NCBI GenBank assembly: GCA_951406725.2 | Contig: OX597824.1 | Span: 57,660,001 to 57,724,000, forward strand | Origin: Octopus vulgaris | Taxonomy: Eukaryota | Direction of reading: 5' to 3' | DNA: 64,000 nt | Notes under the pieces: generated by a model | The model's database searches: none | Told to the model about the DNA's origin: nothing | Seen by the model: the letters and a program-made list of their open reading frames with translations, nothing else | Shown here: positions 12,562-26,169 of the stretch, piece by piece | Layout of the letters: every line of letters starts with the position of its first letter | Position numbering within the stretch: the first letter of the stretch is position 1 | Made by a program: the position numbers and the translations under genes

Positions 12562-13319
12562 ATAGTGTGTGTATAAGTGTGAGTTGGAGGAAGAAACAGG
12601 CCGATAGATTTATAAACAGAGATACAAGCTGGTAGATGTACACGTATAATCACACACCCAATACATGCACATACACAAACACATGCACATATATATACAA
12701 GCAAAAAGATACACACATACATTCACAAAACACGTATAGATACAGTGGAGACATATTTCTGAAGGTTTTGCTACACTGATGCCACCTGGTGGCAAATAAA
12801 GACATTCCAGATAATGTCTAATAGTTAGATAGTAGTTGATTCCGTGGACCACCCAATGGGGAGACAGATTGTCAAAAGATATCCCTACTCTGAACCACCC
12901 AGAGTGAGGGGAACTTGCAACATCCACCCACGCACCTCCGTTTTCTTTCTACACAGAAATGTCTTCAAGACATCTCGCTAGCTCCGGTATTCACGATCTC
13001 ACGACCACCACACCTTCTCTCTTTCTCTCTCATTCAGTCATTCACCTTCGCTTTCATTTAGTTACTAACTATATACTCTCACCTTCACCCAAATTCACTC
13101 TCTCTTTCTCACCCATTTAAACTCACCCCTCTCCCTCTCCCCATATTTCTCTAGTGATATCTTTAACCCTCTTTCCATTTCTTTATCTTTATCTCTTTTT
13201 TTATCGACTTCTTTCTTTATCCTCTCTACAATTAATCGCGTTTCTGCCTTTCATAATTCATTATTTCTCTCTCCCACTCTTCTCTCTCAAGATGTTTTTT
13301 ATATATTCGCATATCTTTA

Positions 13320-14020
<701 letters not shown>

Positions 14021-14189
14021 CATGATATGATAGCTTAGATATAAATTGTGATTATGACACTTACAAATGCAGCCTAAGTCCGAAAACTGAAAACAGATAA
14101 CAACAGGTGAATTCTGCCAAACATTTCTTGCTTTTACGATGTGCCCCAAATGGAAAGAGTTATTTTTATTTTTATTCGTATTTATTCGT

Positions 14190-14400
14190 ATTGAAGTGAC
14201 AAAATCATTTGCATGCCGGACAAAATGCATAGCAGAATTTGTCCGTCTTTATGCTTTGGGTTTAAATTCCTCTGAGGTCGACTTTGCCTTTCATCCTTTC
14301 AGTGGTCGTAGAAATAAGTACCAGTTGAGTAATGGGGCCGATGTAATTGATTTCTTCATCCCTTCAAAATATACTAGAATTGTGTTAGATCTAGAAAGAA
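14190..14400 (+). mobile_element. SINE family B (diverged)
   Basis: TTTAAATTCCTCTGAGGTCGACTTTGCCTTTCATCCTTTC...AAATAAGTACCAGTTGAG. Confidence 0.7.
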
Positions 14401-14426
14401 TTGCAAAAACAAAAACAATAGCAATG

Positions 14427-14491
<65 letters not shown>

Positions 14492-15263
14492 AACTACTAC
14501 CACCACCACAACCACCACCACCACCTTAGTAAAATAAGCCCATCGTATCGTACAAACACTTGTTTCTGTCTATAAAGCTATTTTTGTAGAGAAAGATTTT
14601 GATGTATAAATTAAACCATTACCATTTTCCCCCATCACCTTCTCTCTTCCCCACCTGTCTTTTAACTCCACATAAATACAACCCCTTCACCTAATTATAG
14701 TACTTTCTACATGCTTTACCCACTAAAGTTTTACACTGACATCTACAGTGTTACCACATCAACTGAGGAATGAACCTTTATCTTGTCGCTAGACCTGCTA
14801 TAAACAGAAGCTAAATCACATCTTGCATCCTCGACAAAGTTAAGACGCATTAAATTATAAACTTCCTAACATACAAAAGGGCAGCATAGTCATGTCTGGA
14901 ACACTTTTAGCAAAAAGACTACTAAATTATGCCTGACCTGAACAACAACAGCTCTCTTTTATTTCATTACTGACATACGATCACATTGCCACTTGGTAAT
15001 TACGTAAACTCTCCTTGGCGACACCGAAATTACGTCACCACGTGACAACGTGAACGTCACCACATGATTAAGTTACGCAGCACATGTTAATTATGTAGTT
15101 AGTAGTACATTATAATGTCCACTCAGGTATGGTGTTGCTGGAGCTACATTTCTACGATGTCGTAGCCTCTCAAAAAAACACTTGAATGTAGAGATTCTCT
15201 GAACAGAAATGCAAGAGAGAACATGGTGGTGTACCAGCCATCCCAGATTATCTATCTACCTAC

Positions 15264-15383
<120 letters not shown>

Positions 15384-15439
15384 TTATCTATCTATGTATC
15401 TAGCCAGCTATCTATTAATCCACACACACAAACACGAAA

Positions 15440-16200
15440 GATGCGAGAGGTATTTGAGCACATACTTGGTAATTCAATTTTTAAAAAAAATTAAATATAT
15501 TTGTACACATGTTCCCGATGAAATATCTTATGAGATAATTTTATCAATCTTCAGTTTCAATGCCAGCTCAACGTTATTTATATGCCTGCGCTAGATGGTC
15601 CAAATTCATTTCAGACGTCACCTGGACAATGGTGGCTTCAGTGAAGCTATGATATTTTGATAAAGTGGATTAGTCTCCCTTTCAACAACGCTCGAAACCT
15701 AAAAGTCCATAGGATGCCTGGCATCCATTCTTGAATCGCTTTGGCTTTGTGAGAAGGTACTAAGTTTTGTTGAAGCACATATGTCCTTTCACTGCGTACT
15801 TCAACCATCTAGGGCTTAACAACTGTCTCCAGCGTCTCAACGTAATTAGCAGCATTAATTCTAAGACCTTTACAGAGAAAAATTGAGATAACATGATATG
15901 ATCTTCGTTACATATCTCTCCTAAGTCCATTCCTCTTGGAACATCTGCATTTAACCATCTCTTATTTCTCGTGCTACACTTTTGATCTTCGTCGAAGTTT
16001 TTTTCAGCAGAAAAGAATAAAAGCATGCCATTTCGTAAGGATTTTAATCATGTTAAGTAACTGCTTGACACGAATTGGCCTCTCCTCAATATATACGACT
16101 TGTATTTTATGACCTCGCGCACCACAGTTCCGATAGTCCAATCGGACACCTGAATTTATTTGGCGATGGCCAAAGTTTCCTCCGTGAAATTAGAGTAACT
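15440..16200 (-). mobile_element. Tc1/mariner (maT/DD37D-like) transposon fragment
   Basis: Reverse-complement homology to ~54900-55320, including the terminus and ATAGCTTCA.TGAAG...CCATTGTCCAG. Confidence 0.6.
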
Positions 16201-16436
16201 AAACGTTTACAATGTTTTTTTTTCTCATTTGTACCCGTAATTATCTAGGTAATTGGATATTACTTCAACACCAGACTAACGAGGATCCTGTAAGAACGCG
16301 GCCACTTGAGAAATCACAATTACAATGCATTAATGGAACTGTGAATATATGTAGAACATCGCCGCCATTTTGAATTGTAATAAGCAGACATATAGAGTAT
16401 GCGGTGGGAAAAAAACTTCTCAGTTTCATTATTCTT

Positions 16437-16648
16437 GATGGCAAGCTAGCAGAATCATTAACACTCCGGGCAAAATGCTTAGCAACATTTCGTCCGTCTT
16501 TACGTTCTGAGTTCAAATTCCGACGAAGTCAGCTTTGCTTTCATTCTTCCGGGTTCGATAAAAGATTATATCTGCTAAGTACTGGGATCGATGTAATAGA
16601 CTTAGCCCTTCCCTGAAATTGCTGGCCTTGTACCAAAATTTGAAATCA
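16437..16648 (+). mobile_element. tRNA-derived SINE, family B
   Basis: GGCAAGCTAGCAGAATCATTAACAC...CTGAGTTCAAATTCCG...GCTGGCCTTGTACCAAAATTTGAAA. Confidence 0.85.
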
Positions 16649-17248
16649 TTATTGCTTCAACAGCCAGCAGATAAAGAAATAGCTATTTGAAAGCACCATC
16701 ACCACCTGTCTAACTTCATCAGTACTACAGCAGTGACCTTGTACACTATGGCGCAGTCTGTAAATAAAGAACATATAATCGCTAACATGTGTATATACTC
16801 ATATATGAGTTAAACCAAACTCGGCCATAATAATATAGATAAATGCATCCACGCTTACCTACATTTGCATGCTTTCTCTCCCTCCCCTCTCTCTCCTTCC
16901 CTCTCTCACTCCTTCCTTCTCTCCCCCTCCCTCCCCCTTCCTCTTTTTCTTTTCCCTCTCTCTCTCTCTCTCTCTCACTCATACACACATATATGTACGT
17001 AGACAATTACTTAGTTGATGTATAAATTCCGATGTATAATCTTTGTTTCTGGATTTGCAAACGGCAAATTGGTTAGAAATTTAAAAATAATATTCGTACA
17101 TACATACTGAACAGGCACACACATGACACAGGAATGCATATTTAGAAATATATATATATGTACACTCACACACACACACTCACACACATATATATATATG
17201 TGTACAAACACACTTATGTACATACATATACATTTTATATATATATAG

Positions 17249-17408
17249 GCGTAGGAGTGGCTGTGTGGTAAGTAGCTTGCTTACGAACCACATGGTTCCG
17301 GGTTCAGTCCCGCTGCGTGGCACCTTGGGCAAGTGTCTTCTACTATAGTCTCAGGCCGACCAAAGCCTTGTGAGTGGATTTGGTAGACGGAAACTGAAAG
17401 AAGCCCGT

Positions 17409-17449
<41 letters not shown>

Positions 17450-17672
17450 ATGTATATATGTTTGTGTCTGTGTTTGTCCCCCCCCCCCCCAACATCGCTT
17501 GACAATCGATGCTGGTGTGTTTACGTCCCCGTAACTTAGCGGTTCGGCAAAAGATACTGAGAGAATAAGTAATAGGCTTACAAAGAATAAGTCCTGCGGT
17601 CGATTTGCTCGACTAAAAGGTGGTGCTCCAGCATGGCCACTGTCAAATGACTGAAACAAGTAAAAGAGTAAA
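17249..17672 (+). mobile_element. tRNA-derived SINE, family A, full length with internal microsatellite
   Basis: A-box TGGCTGTGTGG, B-box GGTTCAGTCC, CORE-like CACCTTGGGCAAGTG, tail GGTGCTCCAGCATGGCC...AATGACTGAAACAAGTAAAAGA; about 10 whole or partial copies in the window. Confidence 0.9.
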
Positions 17673-18476
17673 ATAGTATATATATATACATAAGCACATA
17701 CATATATACATACATGAGTATTCTAAGAGAAAGAGACGGCAGTAGAGAGAGTAACGCATACACATGCACAAGTGTAATGCTATCCTTAGCTGATTCGATG
17801 TTTGGTTATTAATCTAATAGACTTTTATTCTAAGATGAAATTATCAACTGCTATTTCAGATGTATTGTACCGTATCTTCCACATTATAACACCCCCCACA
17901 CATACACGTTCTTGCACTACCAGTTAAGATAGATGGGCGTGGCCGATGGAGATATGAAACGTGAAATATGATGCCCATTCATCAACCATATTTTCGCCTC
18001 CCATCAATTTTCTGCTCTGCTATCAAAACTTGCCATTCTACCATATAATGGAGCCTTTATATATTTGACATTTGAAAATATCTTTGGTTTTCTTCCGAGA
18101 CATTTTACTTACAGTTCCACACAACAAAAAGTAAAGAAGAGAAAAACTAACATTTTAAATTTTGTTCGCTTTTTGTTGTTGCTTCTTTGTTTTTAGCTTG
18201 CTTGATTTACAGTTAAAAAATTATATCTTTATTTTATCTTTCTGCTATCAAGTAAAAATGTTTCTGCCTTTCATTTTCTGCCATTGATAGGAAATTGACT
18301 GCAGTTACGCCACGTCTTTTGCTTGCTTTGCTTTCTCTTCTTCTCGTCCACCACACCACTCCTAATATTTTTCGTTTAACTTCTCGCAATTTGCTATTAA
18401 GGGGAGTTTTGTGTGGACATAACTCTCACTACTCTCACTCCCTCTCTCACTCTCTGTCTTACTTTCATTTCCTTGC

Positions 18477-18477
<1 letters not shown>

Positions 18478-18526
<49 letters not shown>

Positions 18527-18591
18527 TGATGATGATGATGATGCTGATGATGATGATAATGATAATAAAAATAATAATAATAATAATAATG

Positions 18592-18679
<88 letters not shown>

Positions 18680-18690
18680 TAATAATAATA
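18478..18690. repeat. (AAT)n/(GAT)n microsatellite
   Basis: Visible directly. Confidence 0.95.
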
Positions 18691-18691
18691 A

Positions 18692-18816
18692 GGCGCAGAA
18701 GTGGCTGTGAGGTAAGTAGCTTGCTTGCAAACCACATCGTTCTGGGTTCACTCCCACTGCGTGGCACCTCGGGCAGGTGCCTTCTACTATATCCTCGGGC
18801 CGACCAAAGCCCATCG

Positions 18817-18875
<59 letters not shown>

Positions 18876-19012
18876 ACATCCCGCAACTTAGCGGTTAGGC
18901 AAAAGTGTCCAATAGAATAAGTACTAGGCTTACAAAGAATTAGTACTGGGGTTGATTTGCTCGACTAAAAGCGGTGCTCCAGCATGGCTGAAGTCAAATG
19001 ACTGAAACAAAT
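18692..19012 (+). mobile_element. SINE family A
   Basis: Homologous to 17249-17672. Confidence 0.88.
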
Positions 19013-19027
19013 ATAATAATAAAGCAG

Positions 19028-19112
<85 letters not shown>

Positions 19113-19116
<4 letters not shown>

Positions 19117-19642
19117 GTCCTGATGCAGTGCCAGACAGTGGCTTTCGTGGCTTCTCATCTTAACTGATTGGAAGTGTTATCATGTACATTGTTTTGTCTT
19201 GATATAAAAGATGGGCTACAGCAAATATTTGTTTGACCTTAACCAGTTGAGCATATCCTTTAGTGGCTGGCGATATATGCATCTCTGATCACGTGCAGAA
19301 GTATTGGGTGGGGGTATCATAGCCATGTGTTGAGAGGAATTCTTTGGAGTTTCAAAAATTTATCTCTGGAAACAGAGGTGGTTCGTTCAACATCCTTAAA
19401 CAACTCTTATTCAGGGACCTTTTGAGCAGGATGGGCTACTGGACCTAACGAAAATTCTAACTGGGCCCCACCTGCAATGCCATGCTCTGTTAACGTTGAT
19501 AGGAGATCACCATGTCGCGCACATATGGTTGTGATGCATGTGACTGGTATACCCTTATCAGACGGATAGTCATGATGGGTATAGTGGGCTTCGTATATTA
19601 TACCTCAATGTCGCTTTGATGGCATGCACTGCTCTCTCACTC

Positions 19643-19643
<1 letters not shown>
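19113..19643 (+). mobile_element. (AAT)n-flanked retroposon 3' segment, copy 1
   Basis: Closely similar to 22280-22680; both end CTGCTCTCTCACTC-(AAT)n but have different 5' starts. Confidence 0.75.
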
Positions 19644-19675
<32 letters not shown>

Positions 19676-20258
19676 CGATAGGTTATACTTGTCCAGAAGA
19701 AAGGGTAGGATAGGTTTGATCAGCTACCAGTACTGTATTGGATCAACGGAAAACAGCTTAGGGTGTTATATAATAAATGCTGTGGAGCCACTGTTGAAGC
19801 ACACGAAGAAGGTTGGCTTCATTGAAAGCTGAAAATTATGTAACTAAAGAAAAATTAAACTAGAAATGAACAAAAAAAAGAGAGATAATTATGGAAGGGA
19901 AAGAAAATGTATGGTCAGTTTGCAAGAGATGTGAACGCCAAGACAAATACAGAGGACCGACAGCTATAAATGAGGAGGAGGGACTTGAAAATAGACAGAA
20001 ACACTCATATGCGCAGCTCAGGAACAAGCGTCAAGAACCAACTATATGAAGTGCAGAATAGACAATACCGATAGTGACAAATTCAGAATGTGTGGTGAGA
20101 GGAATGAAACGATATGGCACATCGTTAGCAAACGATCGAAATTGGCACAACAAGAATACAAAAGACGCCATGATAATGTGGCAAGAATGATCCATTGAGA
20201 GCTCTATGGAAATCACGGCGTGTAATGAGCGAAGACGTGGTGCGAGAAAACTCCAGAG
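19676..20258 (+). mobile_element. Dong/R4 LINE fragment (thumb to zinc-finger region), upstream part of an interrupted copy
   Basis: RLYLSRRKG, MYGQFARD, ICAAQEQASRTNYMKCRID...FRMCGERNETIWHIVS, LAQQEYKRRHDNVARMIH. Confidence 0.85.
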
Positions 20259-20259
20259 G

Positions 20260-21700
20260 AATTTCAACCGTGTTTCGTGGTCTGCTACCACAACAGCTCC
20301 TTTATAGGATCCAGTTAGCTCAACATATTATCAGGAGGAACCACGTCCGGTTTTGCCCCCTACTCGTTTTGACGTGGCCGCCCCACCCTTTCGGAGGTGT
20401 CTTCAGCTCTGGTGTTGGGTGCATGTCTTCTTTCCCTGGCCTCTTCGATGCAGCGTCAACGAGTGTCAGCGGGCGACTGACTGTCTTGTCAAATTTCCCT
20501 TTAAATACCTGCTGCTAGACTCCAGCAGGCAGCCCCAGGAAGGTGTCACGTGACACTGCCTCAACTTTAACTGACCAATGAAGGCGCGTAGTCTTAACCC
20601 ACGCATTCTCTAAACGAGACCGTCACCTGTCAATCAGCGAAACTAATTCAGTGTCAACTTGTTTCACCAAGTGATGTTATTTTCCTGCCGGCATGTTATG
20701 ACTTTCAAGCCATTTTTGGTCTTCCCGCTTCAGCCATATATAGAAGCTGGCTTTTTCGACCGCCTCCTGTACTCTCCTTATTAGTTTTCTCAGCTCCGAG
20801 CTAGAAAAAACAAATCTTCTTTTGAATAACGTTGTCCTTTTTTTTTTCAAGGAAGCCTCTAAGCCCCCACTGCCAGGTGGTAATACTCGACAGTTCATCC
20901 CTGTTCTCTGCCCTCTCCGATTAGTTTTTCGTACATCTTCTCCTTTCGCTTCTCTGCGTTGTCGATGTTCTCTTCCCATGGCACTGTCAGTTCTATCAAA
21001 ATTCCTATTCTCTGTTGTCTGTTCCATAGGACTAAATCTGGTCTTTTTGTTGTTTTTATGAGTGGAAATATTACTAGTCTTTACAAATCTGTGGCCACCT
21101 CCTAGTATCCCTTTCATCTTTCGTCTATCTCGTATATTTTATATAGGCCTGGTCTTATGTCCTTTTTCCTCCTTCTGGAAGTATACTTTCCTGCGTTTTT
21201 CCACTTTTGGGTACTCTCCCCTATTGTATCTCTCGATCTTCTTCTTGAGTGCTGCGCTTATGACGCCGAAGACTTGATTATGACGCCATGTATACCTTTC
21301 TAGTGCTAGACTTGATCAGGAAGGATGTTCTTGTTTGTCTCCAAGCCCAAAGTTCCTTCCATGATATTCTGCGACTGATCACATATACCTCCCATCTCAG
21401 GCACTGTCCCTTTCTTATTCCTCCTTCCTCACTTCGTGTACCATTGCCTCTTTCATCTCTTTTATACTGCTCTTGCAAAATGGCCTGAAATTGTGCGACC
21501 CTAGGCCGGCTCTTGCTTCTTGCGCCGCTCCGACTTTATCGGCGTGCCTTAGTTTTCCGATCGCCCTGTTTACTGCTTCTTCCGCCTTCCATTTCCTCCC
21601 TGTTCGTACCTTTGGAGGGTTTTCCCGGATGCTCTGATCTTTTGAATACCTTAACATCATTACTGTCCTTGCCTTTCCTGCCTTATATTCTTCGGCGATT
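20260..21700 (-). mobile_element. Hero-clade LINE 3' fragment inserted into the Dong copy
   Basis: KVRTGRKWKAEEAVNRAIGKLRHADKVG...AGLG, GQCLRWE..RRISWKELW...TSFLIKS and AVEKASFYIWLKR, typical of Hero ORFs. Confidence 0.75.
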
Positions 21701-21771
21701 AATGTTATTGGTAGGATTTACCAAAAATGGAGATTGCAAAATCCTTATATTCTTCGGCGATTGATGTTATT

Positions 21772-22180
21772 GGTAGGATTTACCGAAAATGGAGATTGCA
21801 AAATCTTGTGGGATGCAATGATCCAGTGCAATCACCCGACCAGACATGGGAATGCGAACATTGTTGGGGTGAATAAAAAAGAAAGAACATATTTGATAAT
21901 TGACATAGGGAGCCCAAGTGATAACAGGATCAATGTGAAAGAAGGAAGAATAAACAATTATGACGATTTGAAGTGGGAAATACGAAGGTAGTGGTCAATG
22001 AAGAGAGTAGACGTGATATTAGGGAGTATCAACACTCAACTACGAACATGGCTAAAAAAGATTGCTGCAAGTGTGAAGGTAGAACGCCTACAAAACTCAG
22101 CATTGCTTGAAACTGCAAGAATTCTTCGAAGGGTTCTGAAAAGCATGACCTTAATCTGCCGGATGTGAGTTTTCGTAAAA
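21772..22180 (+). mobile_element. Dong/R4 LINE 3' end (REL endonuclease) ending in (TAA)n
   Basis: ENGDCKILWDAMIQC...IIDIG.PSDNRI...YDDLKWEIRR...LQNSALLETARILRRVL, then a short UTR and (TAA)n. Confidence 0.85.
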
Positions 22181-22200
22181 TAATAATAATAATAATGATA

Positions 22201-22278
<78 letters not shown>

Positions 22279-22279
22279 T

Positions 22280-22679
22280 AACCAGTTGAGCATGTCCCTT
22301 AGTGGCTGACGATATTTGCATCTCTGATCACGAGCAGAAGTAGTGGGGGAGCATCATAGCCATGTGTTGAGAGGGATTCTTTAGGGTTTGAATAATTCAC
22401 CTCTGGAAACATGGGTGGTTCTTTCAACATCCTTAAACAACCCTTATTCAGGGACCTTTTGAGCAGGATGGGCTACTCAACCTGAAGAAAATTCTAACTG
22501 GGCCCCACCTGCAAGGTCATGTGCTGTTTATCTTGATATGAGATCACCATGTCGCGCACATATGGTTGTGATGCATGTGCCTGGTGTACCCTTATCAGAC
22601 GGGTAGTCATGATGGGTATATTGCGCTTCGTATATTTTACCCCAGTGTCACTTTGATGGCATGCACTGCTCTCTCACTC

Positions 22680-22680
<1 letters not shown>
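22280..22680 (+). mobile_element. (AAT)n-flanked retroposon 3' segment, copy 2
   Basis: Homologous to ~19243-19643. Confidence 0.75.
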
Positions 22681-22759
<79 letters not shown>

Positions 22760-22782
22760 TGATGATAATAATAATAATAATC

Positions 22783-22935
22783 CTTTCTGCCAAAGGCACA
22801 AGGCCTGAAATTTTGGTGGTAGGAGTAAGTCGATTGCATCGACCTCCAGTACTTGACTGGTATTTTACTTATCGACCCCAAGATGTGAATGGCAAAGTGG
22901 ACCTCGGTGGAATTTGAACTCAGAACGTAAAGAGC
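22783..22935 (-). mobile_element. SINE family B (partial)
   Basis: GGAATTTGAACTCAGAACGTAAAG and GTAAGTCGATTGCATCGACC match family B in reverse. Confidence 0.75.
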
Positions 22936-22953
22936 TCGAAGCAGTTTGATGCG

Positions 22954-23014
<61 letters not shown>

Positions 23015-26000
23015 AACTTTCATTGTTAATGTTTAACATGACATTTTATTTTATTGTATTCCTTTGTACATCTAATTTGACTTTTACCATAATGATGAAT
23101 GTGATGACATTGACGATGATGATGAAGATGGTGGTGGTGGTGGTGGTAATGAGGTTTGTGGTGGTTGCAGCTATGGTCGCAGAGGTGATGACGACGTCGA
23201 CCGACGACGACGATGGTGACGATGATGATGATTAACTTTGAAGATGATGTGAACTATCACGATGAAGCTAATGATAAAATTGATTGTATTTTGTGCCACA
23301 GACGAAGGAACCGGATATCAATCGATATTGTAAAATAAACAACACCAACAAACGCACATCAATAATTATGCCCCACCCTGGCTTCTATATAGACAGAAAT
23401 AATAAGATTTATTAGCAACAAATAAATAGAGCAGCGGAAATACCAAGCACAGTCTCCATTAACCTGTGTTTACAGTTGAAGACATGATCTGACTCAATTT
23501 CCAGTGCTCACCGCTTATAGATATTTTGATGAAAGTTATTGATATCAATTGACAGCGCTGATAATGTCACAAATATTTATAACTAGATATTTTTGAAATG
23601 GACTCTCATAAATCTACATTGATCTATGTACAATTTTGGGGTATTAAATTAATGTTTCTTTCATAACTTCTTCGGTAATTACAGTGATGTCGATCCTTAG
23701 CTGATGAGGTCATGATATAACTGAAAGGCTCCACATAGTCTCCCTTAGCGAAATAAAATGCTAGTCATTTGCTGGTATTGTTTTCGGTTCTTACCGCATA
23801 GTTATTCCTTTATAACCTTTTAATAATGTAGGTTTCCTATATCAAGTACGCTTTACTGATTTTGAAGCAGTTAATGTTTCCTATTTTGCTATATCAGCTT
23901 GTGCCCATTCTCCTACATGTATGCAGCGATTCTCTCATTACCACTTTAATGCATTTAATACATAATATGTTTCGCCAATGAGTTTTTAATAAGAGATTAA
24001 AACGTCTGCAATGTTATCTCCTATACTTGCGTAAATATGGGAAGCATTTAAATCTGTGAAGCATTTTAGTTTTGTGCTTTACCGGTTCTGACATTCAGCG
24101 TTCTTGTATAAATGATTCTTAAATTGAATCAACCTCGGTGAAGATTCTAGCGTTTATATTATCGATCCTAGAAGGAAGAAATACAATACCCCACCTGACA
24201 GAATTTTGGAGGAAGCAGATAATTGAATCTAGAACTGCATAGATTCCTAAACCGCACCAACCTTAATACGAGTCAGAAATATGTGGGGGTGGGAACTGTC
24301 GATTTTAATGAGTCCAGTATTTGAGTGGTACTTTCTTTTAACAACCTCGAAAAGATGAAAGTAAAGTTGACCTCGGCAGGATTTGAACTCTCTTAGCATT
24401 TCCATACTGATTCATTTTGTATATTCTTTTAGTGTGATATATTAACAGAGCAGGTAGAGCATTGGACAGAATATGCTACGATAGTTTAGTTCATTCTTGT
24501 TCAAATTGCATTAAGACTTCCCTTTGTCTTTTTTCAACTTCCGGTGTTGATAAAATATCAGTCCAATAATGGTTTCCCTTTTATGGCCCTTACACCGCCT
24601 TAAATTTGAAGAACTACTATTTGTATAAGAAATCTATATTGATTGCTTTTCAGAGCGATAAATGGTGGACTAAGTAGAGCAAACAACATGTGATATTGAG
24701 ATAATTTTCATTCCGATTTCAAATCCTAGCAAAGTGAAATTTACTTCTTTCAGGAATTGATGAATCGTCTATACGCCACCTACTTCTTTTATCTGTGAGA
24801 TCCTGTACAATGATAGGGACACAGCAGACTCAGATGAGTATCAGAGGAAATGCATGGCACTCTTTAAGTAGATTATTTTACATTACCACTGAAACAAGAA
24901 ATGAGCTGTATTTTGCCCTTATAAAATAAATATCAGCAAAATGCGTGGACTTGATGATTCAATGGTATATATATTAGACTACGTGGGTTTGTGTCAATGC
25001 CAAAAATAAACATTTTATTGTGTTCAAATATGTCTTTCCTCAAATAGATTCAACATTGAAATCTTAAGATGTGTGGCCGTGAGCAAATATAAGACATCGA
25101 CGAAAAAAAAACATCACAAATTCCATTCCCCTAAAGTCGATAAAAATTAAGAATCAACCAAGAACCGTTGGTTTATTTAATCGACCCCACACTTTCCTTA
25201 AATATTCTTTGTTTTGTGTCTATTTTAGCAATATCATTCATTATCGATCAGAATCAAATCCGAAACAATGGATTCACAGTGATTGTCAAGCAGAAGTTGA
25301 GTTTTATTATTCATCAATCGTTCAGAGGACAGTTTTAATTATGTTATTAAAAAGGTCCAAAACAGGAAAATGCTGTTTGGCTCATTAGGGTTCTTCGAGC
25401 CTAATATATCAGAAAACTTTTAAGTTTGGTTCCAACAAGTCTTCTCTTGTGAAAAAACATTGATCGCATTGAAGATATAACATGACATTCTAAGGTACAA
25501 ATGTTTTGAAAATTCCTAGCCCCTATTTCTGCTGCTGATGATGTTACTGTTCTTGTTGCTATTTAATTCGCCTGATGATCATGGTCATGCAGCCTTCGCG
25601 AAAGCCATCTCCAATAACTCTTAAGTTAAATATGCCTTTGCTATTCTTGTTAGTCTCTATTTACTCTTATACATTCCTGACTGTCTTTCCTTTATGCGTT
25701 CTTATATACTTTCCTTTGTTCCTCACAAGCCTTCCACCCATAATCTACTTCAATCTCTCTTCGACGATGGAGCTGGTAACTAGTAATATCTCTTAATAAG
25801 GAGATTCTTTAATTCTTTCTCTCTGAAGACGATATAGTTGGCAATGTTAGTTCGGTCAAACATGCAACATATGCGCAGCTAATCTGGAAGTAGGTGTTAG
25901 AGACTTTATGCACAATTTCCTCCAACCTTTTTCTACAAAAGCTTCATTGTAACAAATCTATAATTATGTTTGAATTCCATGTTCTAAATTGGTACCACAT

Positions 26001-26169
26001 ATTGTGTCTGTTCATTCATTCTTTATAATATTGCCAACCAAGTGTGGCGTCCTGTACAGGACAGTGCTACTGACGTTCATAGCCCCAGGAAGACATTTCT
26101 TCCAGCTGGCTACCGACACATTCTGTATCGGATTAGTATTTTCGAGGGGAGGTCATATATATATATACA

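Noticed and set aside
15105-15200. Possible minus-strand exon after the acceptor TTGCATTTCTGTTCAG
   Set aside because: No convincing donor and no recognisable peptide.
22590-22680. Possible HDV-like ribozyme on the minus strand of the (AAT)n-flanked repeat
   Set aside because: P2 and P3 cannot be formed, and 5' truncation indicates this is the element's 3' end.
23696-23742. CTGATGA-GGTCATGATATAACT-GAAA-GGCTC hammerhead-like string
   Set aside because: Stem II is plausible but stem I does not pair and there is no second copy.
25380-25990. Possible decayed retroelement ORF on the minus strand
   Set aside because: Too many stops and no diagnostic motif.
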